NCBI GenBank assembly: GCA_043758125.1 | Contig: JAYVOC010000258.1 | Location: 1-45,317, forward strand | Origin: Bacteroidota bacterium | GTDB lineage: Bacteria > Bacteroidota > Bacteroidia > AKYH767-A > OLB10 | Direction: 5' to 3' | DNA length: 45,317 bases | In this document: positions 9,700-19,713 of the stretch, piece by piece | Layout of the letters: every line of letters starts with the position of its first letter | How positions within the stretch are numbered: the first letter of the stretch is position 1 | Notes under the pieces: generated by a model | The model's input: the letters and a program-made list of their open reading frames with translations, nothing else | What the model was told of the DNA's origin: nothing | Database searches by the model: none | Translations under genes and position numbers: made by a program

Positions 9700-10893
9700 A
9701 TGGAACCGTTATCGCAAATTGCGCAAAGGTTTAATCAACACAAAATTTGTGTGTTGATTCCTACGTACAACAATGCGAAAACACTAAGCAAAATCATTGA
9801 AGATGTTCTAAAATACACTAGGAATGTAATTGTATTGAATGATGGTTCTACAGATGATACAAGTAACATTTTATCAAGCTTCACCGAACTCACAACAGTT
9901 AGTTATTCAAAAAATATTGGTAAAGGTTGGGCGCTAAGGAAAGGATTTAATTTTGCATTAGAACAAGGCTACGATTATGCAATAACAATTGATTCGGATG
10001 GACAACATTTTGCTAGTGATCTTCCTAAATTCATCGACAAACTAGAAGAAATTGGGCCATCGCTTATCATTGGAGCACGTAATATGAATCAATCATCGGT
10101 TCCGAGTAAGAGTACTACAGGTTTAAAGATTTCTAATTTTTGGTTCAATATTGAAACTGGATTATCAGCTCCAGATACACAATCTGGTTACAGATTATTT
10201 CCATTACAACTCTTAAAGGATATTAAATTTTATACTAAGAAATTCGAATTCGAGATTGAAGTAATTGTGAAAGCATCATGGAGAGGAATTAAAATTGATT
10301 CTGTTCCCGTTACCGTTTATTATGCTCCAAGTGAAGTAAGAGTCTCGCACTTTCGACCATTCACCGATTTTACGCGAGTAGGAATATTACATACGATCCT
10401 CGTTACAATTACATTTCTTTACATAAACCCAAGAAATTTTTTTCGTAAACTTTTTGATCCTGCCTCCTACCATGATCTTAAAAGGCAAATGTTCAATCCC
10501 AAAGAATCTAAATCACTTATTGCATCTTCTGTAGCTTTTGGTATTTTTATGGGAATTATTCCGCTTTGGGGCTTCCAACTTATTATTGGCATTTCACTCG
10601 CCATTGCATTCCGATTAAATAAAGCACTTGTTATTATTGCAGCAAATATTAGTATTCCTCCAATGATTCCATTCATAATTTTAATGAGTTATAAAATGGG
10701 CGCAGTGTTACTTGGAAACAATGCTACTTCATTGCATTTGAACAAATCATATTCATTAGCATCAACACATATAAATTTCCTTCAATATGTTTATGGAAGT
10801 ATTACACTTGCCGTCGTGGCTGCAATAGTATTCGGAATAGGAACTTATTTGTTTCTTTCATTATTTAGAAAGTCAAATCAAGAAAAACTATGA
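9700..10893 (+). CDS. Glycosyltransferase family 2 with C-terminal membrane (DUF2062-like) domain
   Basis: IPTYN, NDGSTD, GKG, DSDGQH, DTQSGYR; hydrophobic C-terminal third with GIIPLWGFQ. Confidence 0.9.
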   Translation: MEPLSQIAQRFNQHKICVLIPTYNNAKTLSKIIEDVLKYTRNVIVLNDGSTDDTSNILSSFTELTTVSYSKNIGKGWALRKGFNFALEQGYDYAITIDSDGQHFASDLPKFIDKLEEIGPSLIIGARNMNQSSVPSKSTTGLKISNFWFNIETGLSAPDTQSGYRLFPLQLLKDIKFYTKKFEFEIEVIVKASWRGIKIDSVPVTVYYAPSEVRVSHFRPFTDFTRVGILHTILVTITFLYINPRNFFRKLFDPASYHDLKRQMFNPKESKSLIASSVAFGIFMGIIPLWGFQLIIGISLAIAFRLNKALVIIAANISIPPMIPFIILMSYKMGAVLLGNNATSLHLNKSYSLASTHINFLQYVYGSITLAVVAAIVFGIGTYLFLSLFRKSNQEKL

Positions 10894-13800
10894 GCAAATT
10901 TTTCCTTAGCATTTTTATTTTCTTTGAAAAAAGAAAATACTTTTTGTATTTAGTGATGGTAATATCATTAGCTACATTATTATTTTTCTCATCAAAAGTA
11001 AAGTTGCAAGAAAATTTTTTGCAAATGCTTCCTGAGGATAAAAATACTGAACAACTAAAACATTTTCTTGAAAATTCTAAATTCTCAGATAGAATTATTA
11101 TTTGCGTTTCCTCTAAAGATACTTTAAAAGCTGCTGAGCCTGAAAAATTAGTGTCACTGGCGGATTCATTTGCTCAGCAACTAAAAAATAAATTCCCGGA
11201 ATACATTGAGTCAATAAATTATCAAGCAGAAGATAGTAGTATTACTTCATTGCTGAGTGTAATCGATAATAATTTACCGCTATTTTTAGATAACAAAGAC
11301 TACCTGTCGATTGATTCATTGATAACGCAACAGGGAATTCACAATAAAATTGAATACAACTATCACACGTTAGTTGGTCCGGCAGGAATTGGATTGAAAA
11401 AATTTATTATTCAAGATCCATTAGGATTAAATTTTTTAGCGTATAAAAAGTTAGATCGATTTAGACCTGATGAACAATTAGAATTATACGAACAGCATTT
11501 TGTAACGAAAAATAAATTCAATCTGCTGATGTTCATCACACCAAAATTTCCTTCCAAGGAAACAACAAAGAATGCGACTTTCTTTACAAAGGTGGATGAA
11601 CTTATTGCAAAAGGTAGATCGCAAAATAAAGATTTTAATATTGTTTATTTCGGGGCTCCCGTTGTTGCATCTGGCAATGCGGAACAGATTCGTAAGGATA
11701 CACTACTCACAGTATCGTTAACGATAATTATTTTAGTATTGGCAATGACCTTGTTTTTTCGCAAACTGTCGGCACCGATTCTAATTCTAATTCCTGTAGC
11801 TTATGGAGGATTATTTGCGCTATCATGTATCTATTTTGTTCAAGGAAGCATCTCTGTAATTTCACTTGGAGCAGGGTCACTCATTTTAGGTATCGCCATC
11901 AATTATTCATTGCATTTCTTAACTCATTATAGATACCATCCATCGATTCGTGATGTGATAAAAGATCTATCTTTCCCAATGACAATTGGTAGTTTAACGA
12001 CTATAGGTGGGTTTTTATGTTTGCAATATGTAAAAGCACCAGTATTACGTGACTTAGGATTATTTGCTGCATTGAGTTTAACTGGAGCTGCATTGGCTAC
12101 ACTAATCTTTCTTCCACATCTTATTAAACCTAATAAATCGATTGTTCATGAAATAGAAGAAATCAAAAATCCCTTTTATAATAATTTATTAAAGCGTTTA
12201 CCTGGCAATAAATATTTGCTTTGGTCATTCGTGATTCTAACTCCAATTTTTCTTTATTTTGCTTATGATGTAAAGTTTGAAACCGATATGTATAAAATTA
12301 ATTACATGTCGAAGCAAACAAAAATTGCAGAAGCAGTTGTAAATAATGTTAGTTCATTTTATCAGAAATCTGTTTTTCAAATAACTAAAGGAAATACATT
12401 AGAAGAAGCGCTAATTCAAAATGAAAAGTCGTTGCCTTTGCTAGACAGCATGAAAGCGGAAGGAAAAATAAAATCCTTTACAAATGTATCAGTCTTGCTC
12501 CCATCAGATCAAGAGCAAAAAAGAAGAATTGATAAATGGAATGCCTACTGGACAACATCAAAGAAAAGTGACGTTTATAATTCACTAGTTGCAGAAGGAA
12601 GTATTGTAAAATTTAAACCAATTACATTCCTTCCATTTAAAACAGCTACAGAAAAGCAATATTCCATTCTATCAAAAGATGATTCACAAATTTTAAAGGA
12701 TGCATTTCTGAAAAACTTTATTGAAGAAAAAAATGGTTCTTACTCATTAATTGGATTAATAAAAACCACACCCGAATATGTAGGTGATATTTATAAGAAA
12801 TTTGCTGCAATACCAAGCTCTATAGTATTCGACAGACAATACATCACCGATAAGCTAATGGGTATTGTTAGTAACGATTTCAATTTTATCACATTATGGA
12901 CTTCCCTCCTAGTTTTTGTTGCTTTGTTATTGGTATATGGAAGAATTGAGTTAGCATTGATCACCTTTATACCAATGGTAGTTACATGGATTTGGATACT
13001 GGGACTAATGGCAATAATTGGAATAAAATTTAATATCGTAAATATTGTTTTGTCAACTTTAATATTTGCTTTAGGTGATGACTTTTGCATCTTTACAACT
13101 GATGGTTTACAACAAGAATATGCAAAGAAAGTAACGAAATTAAATTCCATCTCCACTTCTATTTCACTTTCAGCCATCACAACAATTGTTGGACTTGGTG
13201 TTTTAATTTTCGCAAAGCATCCCGCGTTAAATTCAATAGCGCTAGTATCGATCATTGGAATCTTTTCGGTTTGGATAATTTCTCAAACATTACAACCTGT
13301 TCTCTTCAAGTTGCTAATAACAAATCCTACTGATAAAAAACATGAACCTTATACATTTTTAAATATTCTAAAGTCAACATTTGCATTTAGCTATTTTATT
13401 TTCGGATCAATACTTATTGGCATTCTTGGGGTTGTAATCCTAAAATTATTTCCAAGGAAAATGTCAACTAAGAAAAATATTTATCATTGGGGTTTAAGCA
13501 ATTTTGCAAAGTCAATGATTTATATCATGGGAAATGTAAAAAAACAAATCATCAATGATCGAAATGAAGACTTTTCTAAACCTGCTGTGATCATTGCAAA
13601 TCATTCTTCGTTTCTGGATATTTTGGTTTTGGTTATGTTAAACCCAAAACTTATTCTACTAACCAACAAATGGGTTTACAATTCTCCAGTTTTTGGGTTA
13701 GCTGTTCGTTTAGCAGAATATTATCCTGTTGCAGATGGTGCAGAAAATGTAATTGATAAATTATCTTCAAAAGTTGCTGAAGGATATTCTATCGTTGTTT

Positions 13801-14741
13801 TCCCTGAAGGAACGAGATCAATAGATGGAGTTATTGCGCGATTTCACAAAGGTGCATTTTATCTTGCTGACCATCTGAAATTAGATATACTCCCAATTAT
13901 AATTCATGGGGCTAATTATACAATGACGAAAGGGTTTTTCTATCTTAAAAATGGAACACTCACACTTAAATTTTTACCACGTATTACTTTTGATGATAAA
14001 AGTTTTGGAGATACTTATTCAGAACGGGCAAAATTTATAGGCAGGTATTTTCGTCAAGAACATAAAATATTAAGTAACGAAATTGAAACTCCAAGATATT
14101 TTAGAAGTCAACTTTTTAGTAATTATCTCTTTAAAGGTGCCGTATTGGAATGGTACATGAAAATAAAAGTAAGCATGGAGAAAAATTACCTTCTCTTTGA
14201 TCAAACATTACCAAAAGAAGGTAAAATTCTTGACATCGGATGTGGATATGGTTTTCTTGCCTACATGATGGGATACACTTCTAAAAATAGAGAAATTTTA
14301 GGAATAGACTATGATACCGATAAAATTGAAATCGCACAAAATGGATATCTAAAAGGCAATAATGTGCAATTTGAACAAGCAAATGCCTTAGAATTTCAAT
14401 TCATGCAATATGATGCAATCGTGCTGAGTGATGTACTCCACTATCTTCCAACAAAGGACCAAATACAGCTATTAGAGAACTGCATAAACAGTATCCCAAC
14501 TAATGGGATGATTATGATTCGAGATGGCATTAAAGAACTCGAAAAACGTCATAAATGGACCAAGCTTTCTGAGGTATTTTCCACTCAGATTCTTGGGTTT
14601 AACAAGACTGGAAGTAATGATCTTACATTCCTCTCTTCAAAATTAATTTATGACTTCGCATCAAAACATAATTTACAATTATCCACGATTGATAATTCAG
14701 TAGTTACTTCAAATGTTATTTTTGTACTCAAGAAGAAATAA
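10890..14741 (+). CDS. Tri-domain MMPL/RND-like exporter + PlsC-type acyltransferase + class I SAM methyltransferase
   Basis: Two multi-TM blocks with large loops (GIAINYSLH, ALGDDF); NHSSFLD and FPEGTRS (LPLAT motifs); ILDIGCGYG and DVLHYL (SAM MT). Confidence 0.9.
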   Translation: MSKFFLSIFIFFEKRKYFLYLVMVISLATLLFFSSKVKLQENFLQMLPEDKNTEQLKHFLENSKFSDRIIICVSSKDTLKAAEPEKLVSLADSFAQQLKNKFPEYIESINYQAEDSSITSLLSVIDNNLPLFLDNKDYLSIDSLITQQGIHNKIEYNYHTLVGPAGIGLKKFIIQDPLGLNFLAYKKLDRFRPDEQLELYEQHFVTKNKFNLLMFITPKFPSKETTKNATFFTKVDELIAKGRSQNKDFNIVYFGAPVVASGNAEQIRKDTLLTVSLTIIILVLAMTLFFRKLSAPILILIPVAYGGLFALSCIYFVQGSISVISLGAGSLILGIAINYSLHFLTHYRYHPSIRDVIKDLSFPMTIGSLTTIGGFLCLQYVKAPVLRDLGLFAALSLTGAALATLIFLPHLIKPNKSIVHEIEEIKNPFYNNLLKRLPGNKYLLWSFVILTPIFLYFAYDVKFETDMYKINYMSKQTKIAEAVVNNVSSFYQKSVFQITKGNTLEEALIQNEKSLPLLDSMKAEGKIKSFTNVSVLLPSDQEQKRRIDKWNAYWTTSKKSDVYNSLVAEGSIVKFKPITFLPFKTATEKQYSILSKDDSQILKDAFLKNFIEEKNGSYSLIGLIKTTPEYVGDIYKKFAAIPSSIVFDRQYITDKLMGIVSNDFNFITLWTSLLVFVALLLVYGRIELALITFIPMVVTWIWILGLMAIIGIKFNIVNIVLSTLIFALGDDFCIFTTDGLQQEYAKKVTKLNSISTSISLSAITTIVGLGVLIFAKHPALNSIALVSIIGIFSVWIISQTLQPVLFKLLITNPTDKKHEPYTFLNILKSTFAFSYFIFGSILIGILGVVILKLFPRKMSTKKNIYHWGLSNFAKSMIYIMGNVKKQIINDRNEDFSKPAVIIANHSSFLDILVLVMLNPKLILLTNKWVYNSPVFGLAVRLAEYYPVADGAENVIDKLSSKVAEGYSIVVFPEGTRSIDGVIARFHKGAFYLADHLKLDILPIIIHGANYTMTKGFFYLKNGTLTLKFLPRITFDDKSFGDTYSERAKFIGRYFRQEHKILSNEIETPRYFRSQLFSNYLFKGAVLEWYMKIKVSMEKNYLLFDQTLPKEGKILDIGCGYGFLAYMMGYTSKNREILGIDYDTDKIEIAQNGYLKGNNVQFEQANALEFQFMQYDAIVLSDVLHYLPTKDQIQLLENCINSIPTNGMIMIRDGIKELEKRHKWTKLSEVFSTQILGFNKTGSNDLTFLSSKLIYDFASKHNLQLSTIDNSVVTSNVIFVLKKK

Positions 14742-14746
14742 AATCT

Positions 14747-16264
14747 GTGAAGGATAAAAAAGTCATAATTGTAGGAAGTGGAATCGGAGGACTCGTTTGC
14801 GGTGCAATCTTGGCCATCGAAGGTCACGACGTTACTGTTCTCGAAATGAATCGTCAGATTGGAGGAAACTTACAAACTTATGCACGTGACAAACATGTTT
14901 TTGACTCAGGAGTACATTATATTGGTGGTTTAGAGAAAGGGCAAAATCTCTACAAAATATTTAAGTACCTCAACATCATCGATAAATTAAAAATGGAAAA
15001 GCTTGATGAAAAAGCTTTCGATAAAATTCATTTTTATACAGATGAAAAAGAATATTCTTACTCACAAGGATATGATCTTTTTAGTAAATCTTTATTAGAA
15101 GCATTTCCAAATGAAAAAGAAGCAATCGATAAATATTGTTTTACACTTCAAGATGTTTGTGAGAAATTCCCTCTGTATAATCTTCGTCAAGGGGATTACA
15201 TGGAGAAATCAATTTACTTAGAGATTGACACCAAAACTTTTATTGAATCATTAACAGAAAATAAACGGCTACAAAATGTGCTAGGTGGAAATAATCCACT
15301 TTATGCAGGCATTGGTGATAAAACACCTATTTATGTACATGCCCTTGTTGTGAATAGTTATATTGAAAGTTCATATCGTTTAGTTAATGGTGGATCACAA
15401 ATTGCAAAATTGTTAAGCAAGATTATTACGAATAATGGTGGTATCATTAAGAATAGAACGGAGATAAAGAAGTTTGTTGTTGAAAATAATCGCGTTGCCT
15501 TTGCAGAAGCGGCCGATGGTAAACGTTTTGAAGGAGACTATTTTATTTCTAATATTCATCCAGCAAAAACACTTCAGCTTGCAGAAACTGAATTTATTCG
15601 CCCCGCTTATCGAAATAGAATTAATGGCTTAGAAAATTCCGTTTCAGCATTTATCATCAACATCACATTAAAACCTGGACAGTACAAATATGTGAATACT
15701 AATTATTATTGTTATCTCGAAGATGATGTTTGGAATAGCATGGAATATACAAATGAAACATGGCCATTATCGTATGCGCTTTTCTTTTCAGGAATGCCAA
15801 AACAAACTGAATTTGCAGAAGGAATGACCATCATGGCCTACATGAAATTTAGTGAAGTTGAAGAATGGAAAAATACATTTAACACCGTAGGAAAGCCTAG
15901 TGATCGAGGACCAGAATATGATGCATTTAAAAAACGTAAAGCAGAAAAACTTTTAGATGTTGTGGAAGTAAAATTTCCAGGACTGAAAGCTGCAATGTTA
16001 AATTATTATACTTCCACTCCACTTACTTTTCGAGATTATATGGGTACTGATGATGGATCAATTTATGGAATTGCAAAAGATTATAAAGATCCACTTAAAA
16101 CATTTATTTCTCCTCGAACAAAAGTGGAAAATCTATTGTTAACGGGGCAAAATATTAATTTGCACGGAGTATTAGGAGTAACGATAAGTTCAGTGGTAAC
16201 CTGCTCTGTTCTCTTAGGAATGCCAGAAATAATTAAGAAAATCGACGATGCGCAAATTGAATAA
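14747..16264 (+). CDS. CrtI/retinol-saturase-like FAD oxidoreductase 1
   Basis: GTG start; GSGIGG, IGG, FDSGVHYIGG, STPLT, GSIYG, NLLLTGQ. Confidence 0.88.
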   Translation: MKDKKVIIVGSGIGGLVCGAILAIEGHDVTVLEMNRQIGGNLQTYARDKHVFDSGVHYIGGLEKGQNLYKIFKYLNIIDKLKMEKLDEKAFDKIHFYTDEKEYSYSQGYDLFSKSLLEAFPNEKEAIDKYCFTLQDVCEKFPLYNLRQGDYMEKSIYLEIDTKTFIESLTENKRLQNVLGGNNPLYAGIGDKTPIYVHALVVNSYIESSYRLVNGGSQIAKLLSKIITNNGGIIKNRTEIKKFVVENNRVAFAEAADGKRFEGDYFISNIHPAKTLQLAETEFIRPAYRNRINGLENSVSAFIINITLKPGQYKYVNTNYYCYLEDDVWNSMEYTNETWPLSYALFFSGMPKQTEFAEGMTIMAYMKFSEVEEWKNTFNTVGKPSDRGPEYDAFKKRKAEKLLDVVEVKFPGLKAAMLNYYTSTPLTFRDYMGTDDGSIYGIAKDYKDPLKTFISPRTKVENLLLTGQNINLHGVLGVTISSVVTCSVLLGMPEIIKKIDDAQIE

Positions 16265-17924
16265 ATGGATTAGGTATCCGCTTTATGTTTTACTTTTTAT
16301 TGGGATACTCTTTATCATCCTATTCATTTATCTTGCTGCAGTTGCACTAGTTACTCCTCCTGTTCCAAAAGATTTATCTTCTTTATCATTAAATCCAACT
16401 CAACTAGATATCAATTGCTATGTGATCGGAAATAACTGGATCAGAAAAAGTAATTCTGGATTATGGGAAATGTATGTTGAAGGTGAACCTTTCGAAAGAG
16501 GTGTTATAAATGGAAAACTTGCAAAGCAATTAGTGTATAAACAAGAAGATGCATTTAACGATCAAATTTGCAAATTAGTTCCATCAGCATTTTATAGAAA
16601 TTTCTTAAAATATTTAATCGCTTGGTTTAACCGTGACCTTGATAAAAACATCATTGAAGAATATAAACTCGAAATTTATGGAGTATCAAAATCTGCTTCA
16701 CCAAAATTTGATTATATCGGTCCAGCATATCAGCGATTAATGAATTATCATGCAGCACATGACATCGGCCACGCATTACAAAATTTTGCACTCGTTGGCT
16801 GCTCCTCCTTTGGAACATGGAATGAAAAATCACAAGATTCAACATTAATAATTGGTAGAAATTTTGATTTTTATGTAGGAGATAAATTTGCAAAAGACAA
16901 AATCGTGATGTTTGTTAATCCAAAGCAAGGATATAAATTCATGATGGTTACATGGGGAGGAATGATTGGCGTTATCTCTGGAATGAACATGCAAGGATTA
17001 ACACTTACATTGAATGCCGCAAAATCAACAATACCAAACGGATCTGCAACTCCTGTTTCCTTACTTGCGAGAGAAATTTTACAATACGCAAAAAATATTG
17101 ACGAGGCAGTTAAGATCACTCGTAAACGCAAAACGTTCGTGTCAGAATCATTTCTTATTGGTTCTACTTATGATAACAAAGCTGTTAATATTGAAGTAAC
17201 TCCTGATACAGTTGATGTGTATGATCCAAAACAAAATCAAATTGTTTGTACCAATCATTATGAAGGTCCTGTATTAGGAAAAACTTATATTAATAAAAAG
17301 CAAATGCAAGAAAGTGCATCGGTTTATCGTGAAAATAGAATCTTAGAATTGTTGAATACTACTTCGGCAAATACGCCTGAAAAAACTGTTGCCATTTTAA
17401 GAAATCAATTTGGCTTGCATGATAAATTTATCGGATTTGGAAATGAAAAAGCGGTCAACCAACTTATCAGCCATCACTCCATCGTATTTGAACCGAAAAA
17501 GAAATTAGTCTGGGTATCTACTTCTCCATGGCAACTTGGACCGTTCATAGCTTATGATCTCAATAAGATATTTGCAATAAATGGATTAAAAACAAATCAC
17601 GAAGTAAATGATACGTCCCTAACAATTCCAGCAGATCCATTTTTACAAACTAGTGCATTTAAAAATTACATTGAATTTAAAAAATTACAATTACATTTAT
17701 CGAATGGTGAAGATATAAATTCAGATAAATTAATTCAATTGAATCCTGAATATTATCATGCTTATGTTTTAGCTGGTGATTATGTTTTCAAACGGAAAGA
17801 TTTTACAAAAGCAAAATCGTATTATCAAAAAGCATTAACGAAAGAAATTGCTACAGTTCATGAAAGGCAATACATCAACAATCAAATTGTAAAATGCACT
17901 AACGAATTAATGAAAATAAATTAG
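16248..17924 (+). CDS. C45-family Ntn-hydrolase acyltransferase (membrane-anchored, C-terminal TPR-like repeat)
   Basis: N-terminal TM helix; G|CSSF autoprocessing Cys, IGRNFDF, SGMN, CTNH; TPR-like YVLAGDY..KAKSYYQKAL. Confidence 0.88.
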   Translation: MRKLNKWIRYPLYVLLFIGILFIILFIYLAAVALVTPPVPKDLSSLSLNPTQLDINCYVIGNNWIRKSNSGLWEMYVEGEPFERGVINGKLAKQLVYKQEDAFNDQICKLVPSAFYRNFLKYLIAWFNRDLDKNIIEEYKLEIYGVSKSASPKFDYIGPAYQRLMNYHAAHDIGHALQNFALVGCSSFGTWNEKSQDSTLIIGRNFDFYVGDKFAKDKIVMFVNPKQGYKFMMVTWGGMIGVISGMNMQGLTLTLNAAKSTIPNGSATPVSLLAREILQYAKNIDEAVKITRKRKTFVSESFLIGSTYDNKAVNIEVTPDTVDVYDPKQNQIVCTNHYEGPVLGKTYINKKQMQESASVYRENRILELLNTTSANTPEKTVAILRNQFGLHDKFIGFGNEKAVNQLISHHSIVFEPKKKLVWVSTSPWQLGPFIAYDLNKIFAINGLKTNHEVNDTSLTIPADPFLQTSAFKNYIEFKKLQLHLSNGEDINSDKLIQLNPEYYHAYVLAGDYVFKRKDFTKAKSYYQKALTKEIATVHERQYINNQIVKCTNELMKIN

Positions 17925-17925
17925 C

Positions 17926-18303
17926 ATGATTTTAGGAGTAGGAATTGACATTATCGAAACAGAAAGAGTTGCAGAAAAGATCGCCAAAGAAGGTGGATTT
18001 AGAGAGCATGTGTTTTCTGTTTCTGAAATTTCCTATTGCGAAAAAAATACTAATCATGCTGAAAATTATGCCGCTCGATTCGCAGCAAAAGAGGCTCTGT
18101 TAAAAGCGTTAGGAACTGGATTTACCATAAATATTTCATTACCCGAAATTGAAGTAGTAACAGATGAGATGGGAAAGCCCTCTTTTAATATTTATGGTAA
18201 ACTGGAAACAATTGTAAAAGCTAGAAATATTTCCACTATCTTTTTATCACTTTCACATTTAAAAAGTATTGCTTGTGCAGTAGTTGTTATTGAATCATTA
18301 TAA
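17926..18303 (+). CDS. acpS: Holo-ACP synthase (4'-phosphopantetheinyl transferase)
   Basis: GVGIDI, AARFAAKEA, GKP, SLSH. Confidence 0.95.
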   Translation: MILGVGIDIIETERVAEKIAKEGGFREHVFSVSEISYCEKNTNHAENYAARFAAKEALLKALGTGFTINISLPEIEVVTDEMGKPSFNIYGKLETIVKARNISTIFLSLSHLKSIACAVVVIESL

Positions 18304-18307
18304 GATT

Positions 18308-19594
18308 ATGATACTTGAACTAGAACGAAAATCGAAAGAAGAAATTATTGAATTTCAAGAGCAAGAGCTTGTAAAATTATTACAATATCTAAATACGAAT
18401 TCTCCATTTTATAAAAATCACTTTAGTAAAAATAAGGTTGATCTTACTTCAATAAAAAAATATGCTGATCTCGTAAAATTACCTACAACAAGTAAAGATG
18501 ATTTACAAAATCAGAATTGGGATTTTTTGTGCGTCGATAAAAATAAAATAAAAGAATATTGCAGCACTTCTGGAACATTAGGAACTCCAGTAACAATCGG
18601 ATTAACAAAAAATGATATTGATCGATTGGGTTATAACGAATACATTTCCTTTTTAGCAATGAATTCAAATGCTGAAGATATTTATTTATTAATGCTTTCA
18701 CTTGATCGACAGTTTATGGCTGGCATCGCATATTATGAAGGTGCACGAAAACTTGATGCAGGAATTATTCGTAGTGGTGCTGGGAATTTTCCAATGCAAA
18801 TTGATTTAATACAACGTTTATTACCTAGTGTATTAATCGCTGTTCCCTCAACAATACTTAGCCTTATCAGCTATGCAAACGAAAAGCAAATAGATTTAAA
18901 AAGTACATCGGTTCGTAAAATTTTATGCATCGGTGAAAATATTCGTAATGAAAATTTTTCGCTCAATGAATTAGGACAACGAATTACGAATTCCTGGAAT
19001 GTTGAATTGTTTTCTACTTATGCTTCAACAGAACAACAAACTGCTTTCACGGAATGTGAAGCAGGAAAAGGTGGGCATCTTCATCCAGATTTATTAATTT
19101 TTGAAATCTTAGATGATGATAATAATCAGTTGCCACAAGGTGAAATTGGCGAACTTACAATTACTACCTTAGCAGTTGAAGGAATGCCGTTGCTACGTTA
19201 CAAAACAGGCGACATCTGCACTTACTTTAATGAGCCATGTTCTTGCGGCAGAATGACAAGTAGAATAAGTCCAATCATTGGAAGAAAGCAACAACTCATT
19301 AAATACAAAGGCACTACACTCTACCCTCAATCTATTTTCAATATTTTAAATAGTATTGAAAGCATAAAAGAGTATGTTGTTGATGTATTTAAAAATGATA
19401 TAGGAATTGATGAAATAATCATTCACATTGCAGTGCTAGATTATTCAGATGAGATTGATTTTAAAATCAAGAGAACATTGCAATCAATGTTGCGTGTACT
19501 CCCTGAAGTAAAGTATCTTTCACTGGATGAAATTCATAAAATGCAGATTTCCGATACCAAAAGAAAAGTAAATAGATTAAATGATCTCAGGTAA
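18308..19594 (+). CDS. flxY: Phenylacetate-CoA-ligase-like aryl-acid (4-coumarate) activating ligase
   Basis: STSGTLG, TYASTE, RYKTGD, IGR (PaaK family); context with the TAL. Start at ATG 18308, just after the acpS stop. The symbol is by analogy with the Chitinophaga pinensis cluster. Confidence 0.82.
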   Translation: MILELERKSKEEIIEFQEQELVKLLQYLNTNSPFYKNHFSKNKVDLTSIKKYADLVKLPTTSKDDLQNQNWDFLCVDKNKIKEYCSTSGTLGTPVTIGLTKNDIDRLGYNEYISFLAMNSNAEDIYLLMLSLDRQFMAGIAYYEGARKLDAGIIRSGAGNFPMQIDLIQRLLPSVLIAVPSTILSLISYANEKQIDLKSTSVRKILCIGENIRNENFSLNELGQRITNSWNVELFSTYASTEQQTAFTECEAGKGGHLHPDLLIFEILDDDNNQLPQGEIGELTITTLAVEGMPLLRYKTGDICTYFNEPCSCGRMTSRISPIIGRKQQLIKYKGTTLYPQSIFNILNSIESIKEYVVDVFKNDIGIDEIIIHIAVLDYSDEIDFKIKRTLQSMLRVLPEVKYLSLDEIHKMQISDTKRKVNRLNDLR

Positions 19595-19713
19595 ATATTT
19601 GAAAAATAGCTAATTAGTTGAGCAATGACTATGAAACTATTGGAGAATATGAATTAAAAGGATATTTTTATAAAAAATAGTAACAAAACATTTCAAACCT
19701 TACACATCAAGTT

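Noticed and set aside
14747-16264. Carotenoid cluster suggested by CrtI-like genes (also 29603..31204)
   Set aside because: No crtB/crtE/crtY in the window. Motifs are RetSat-like and the context is APE-DAR.
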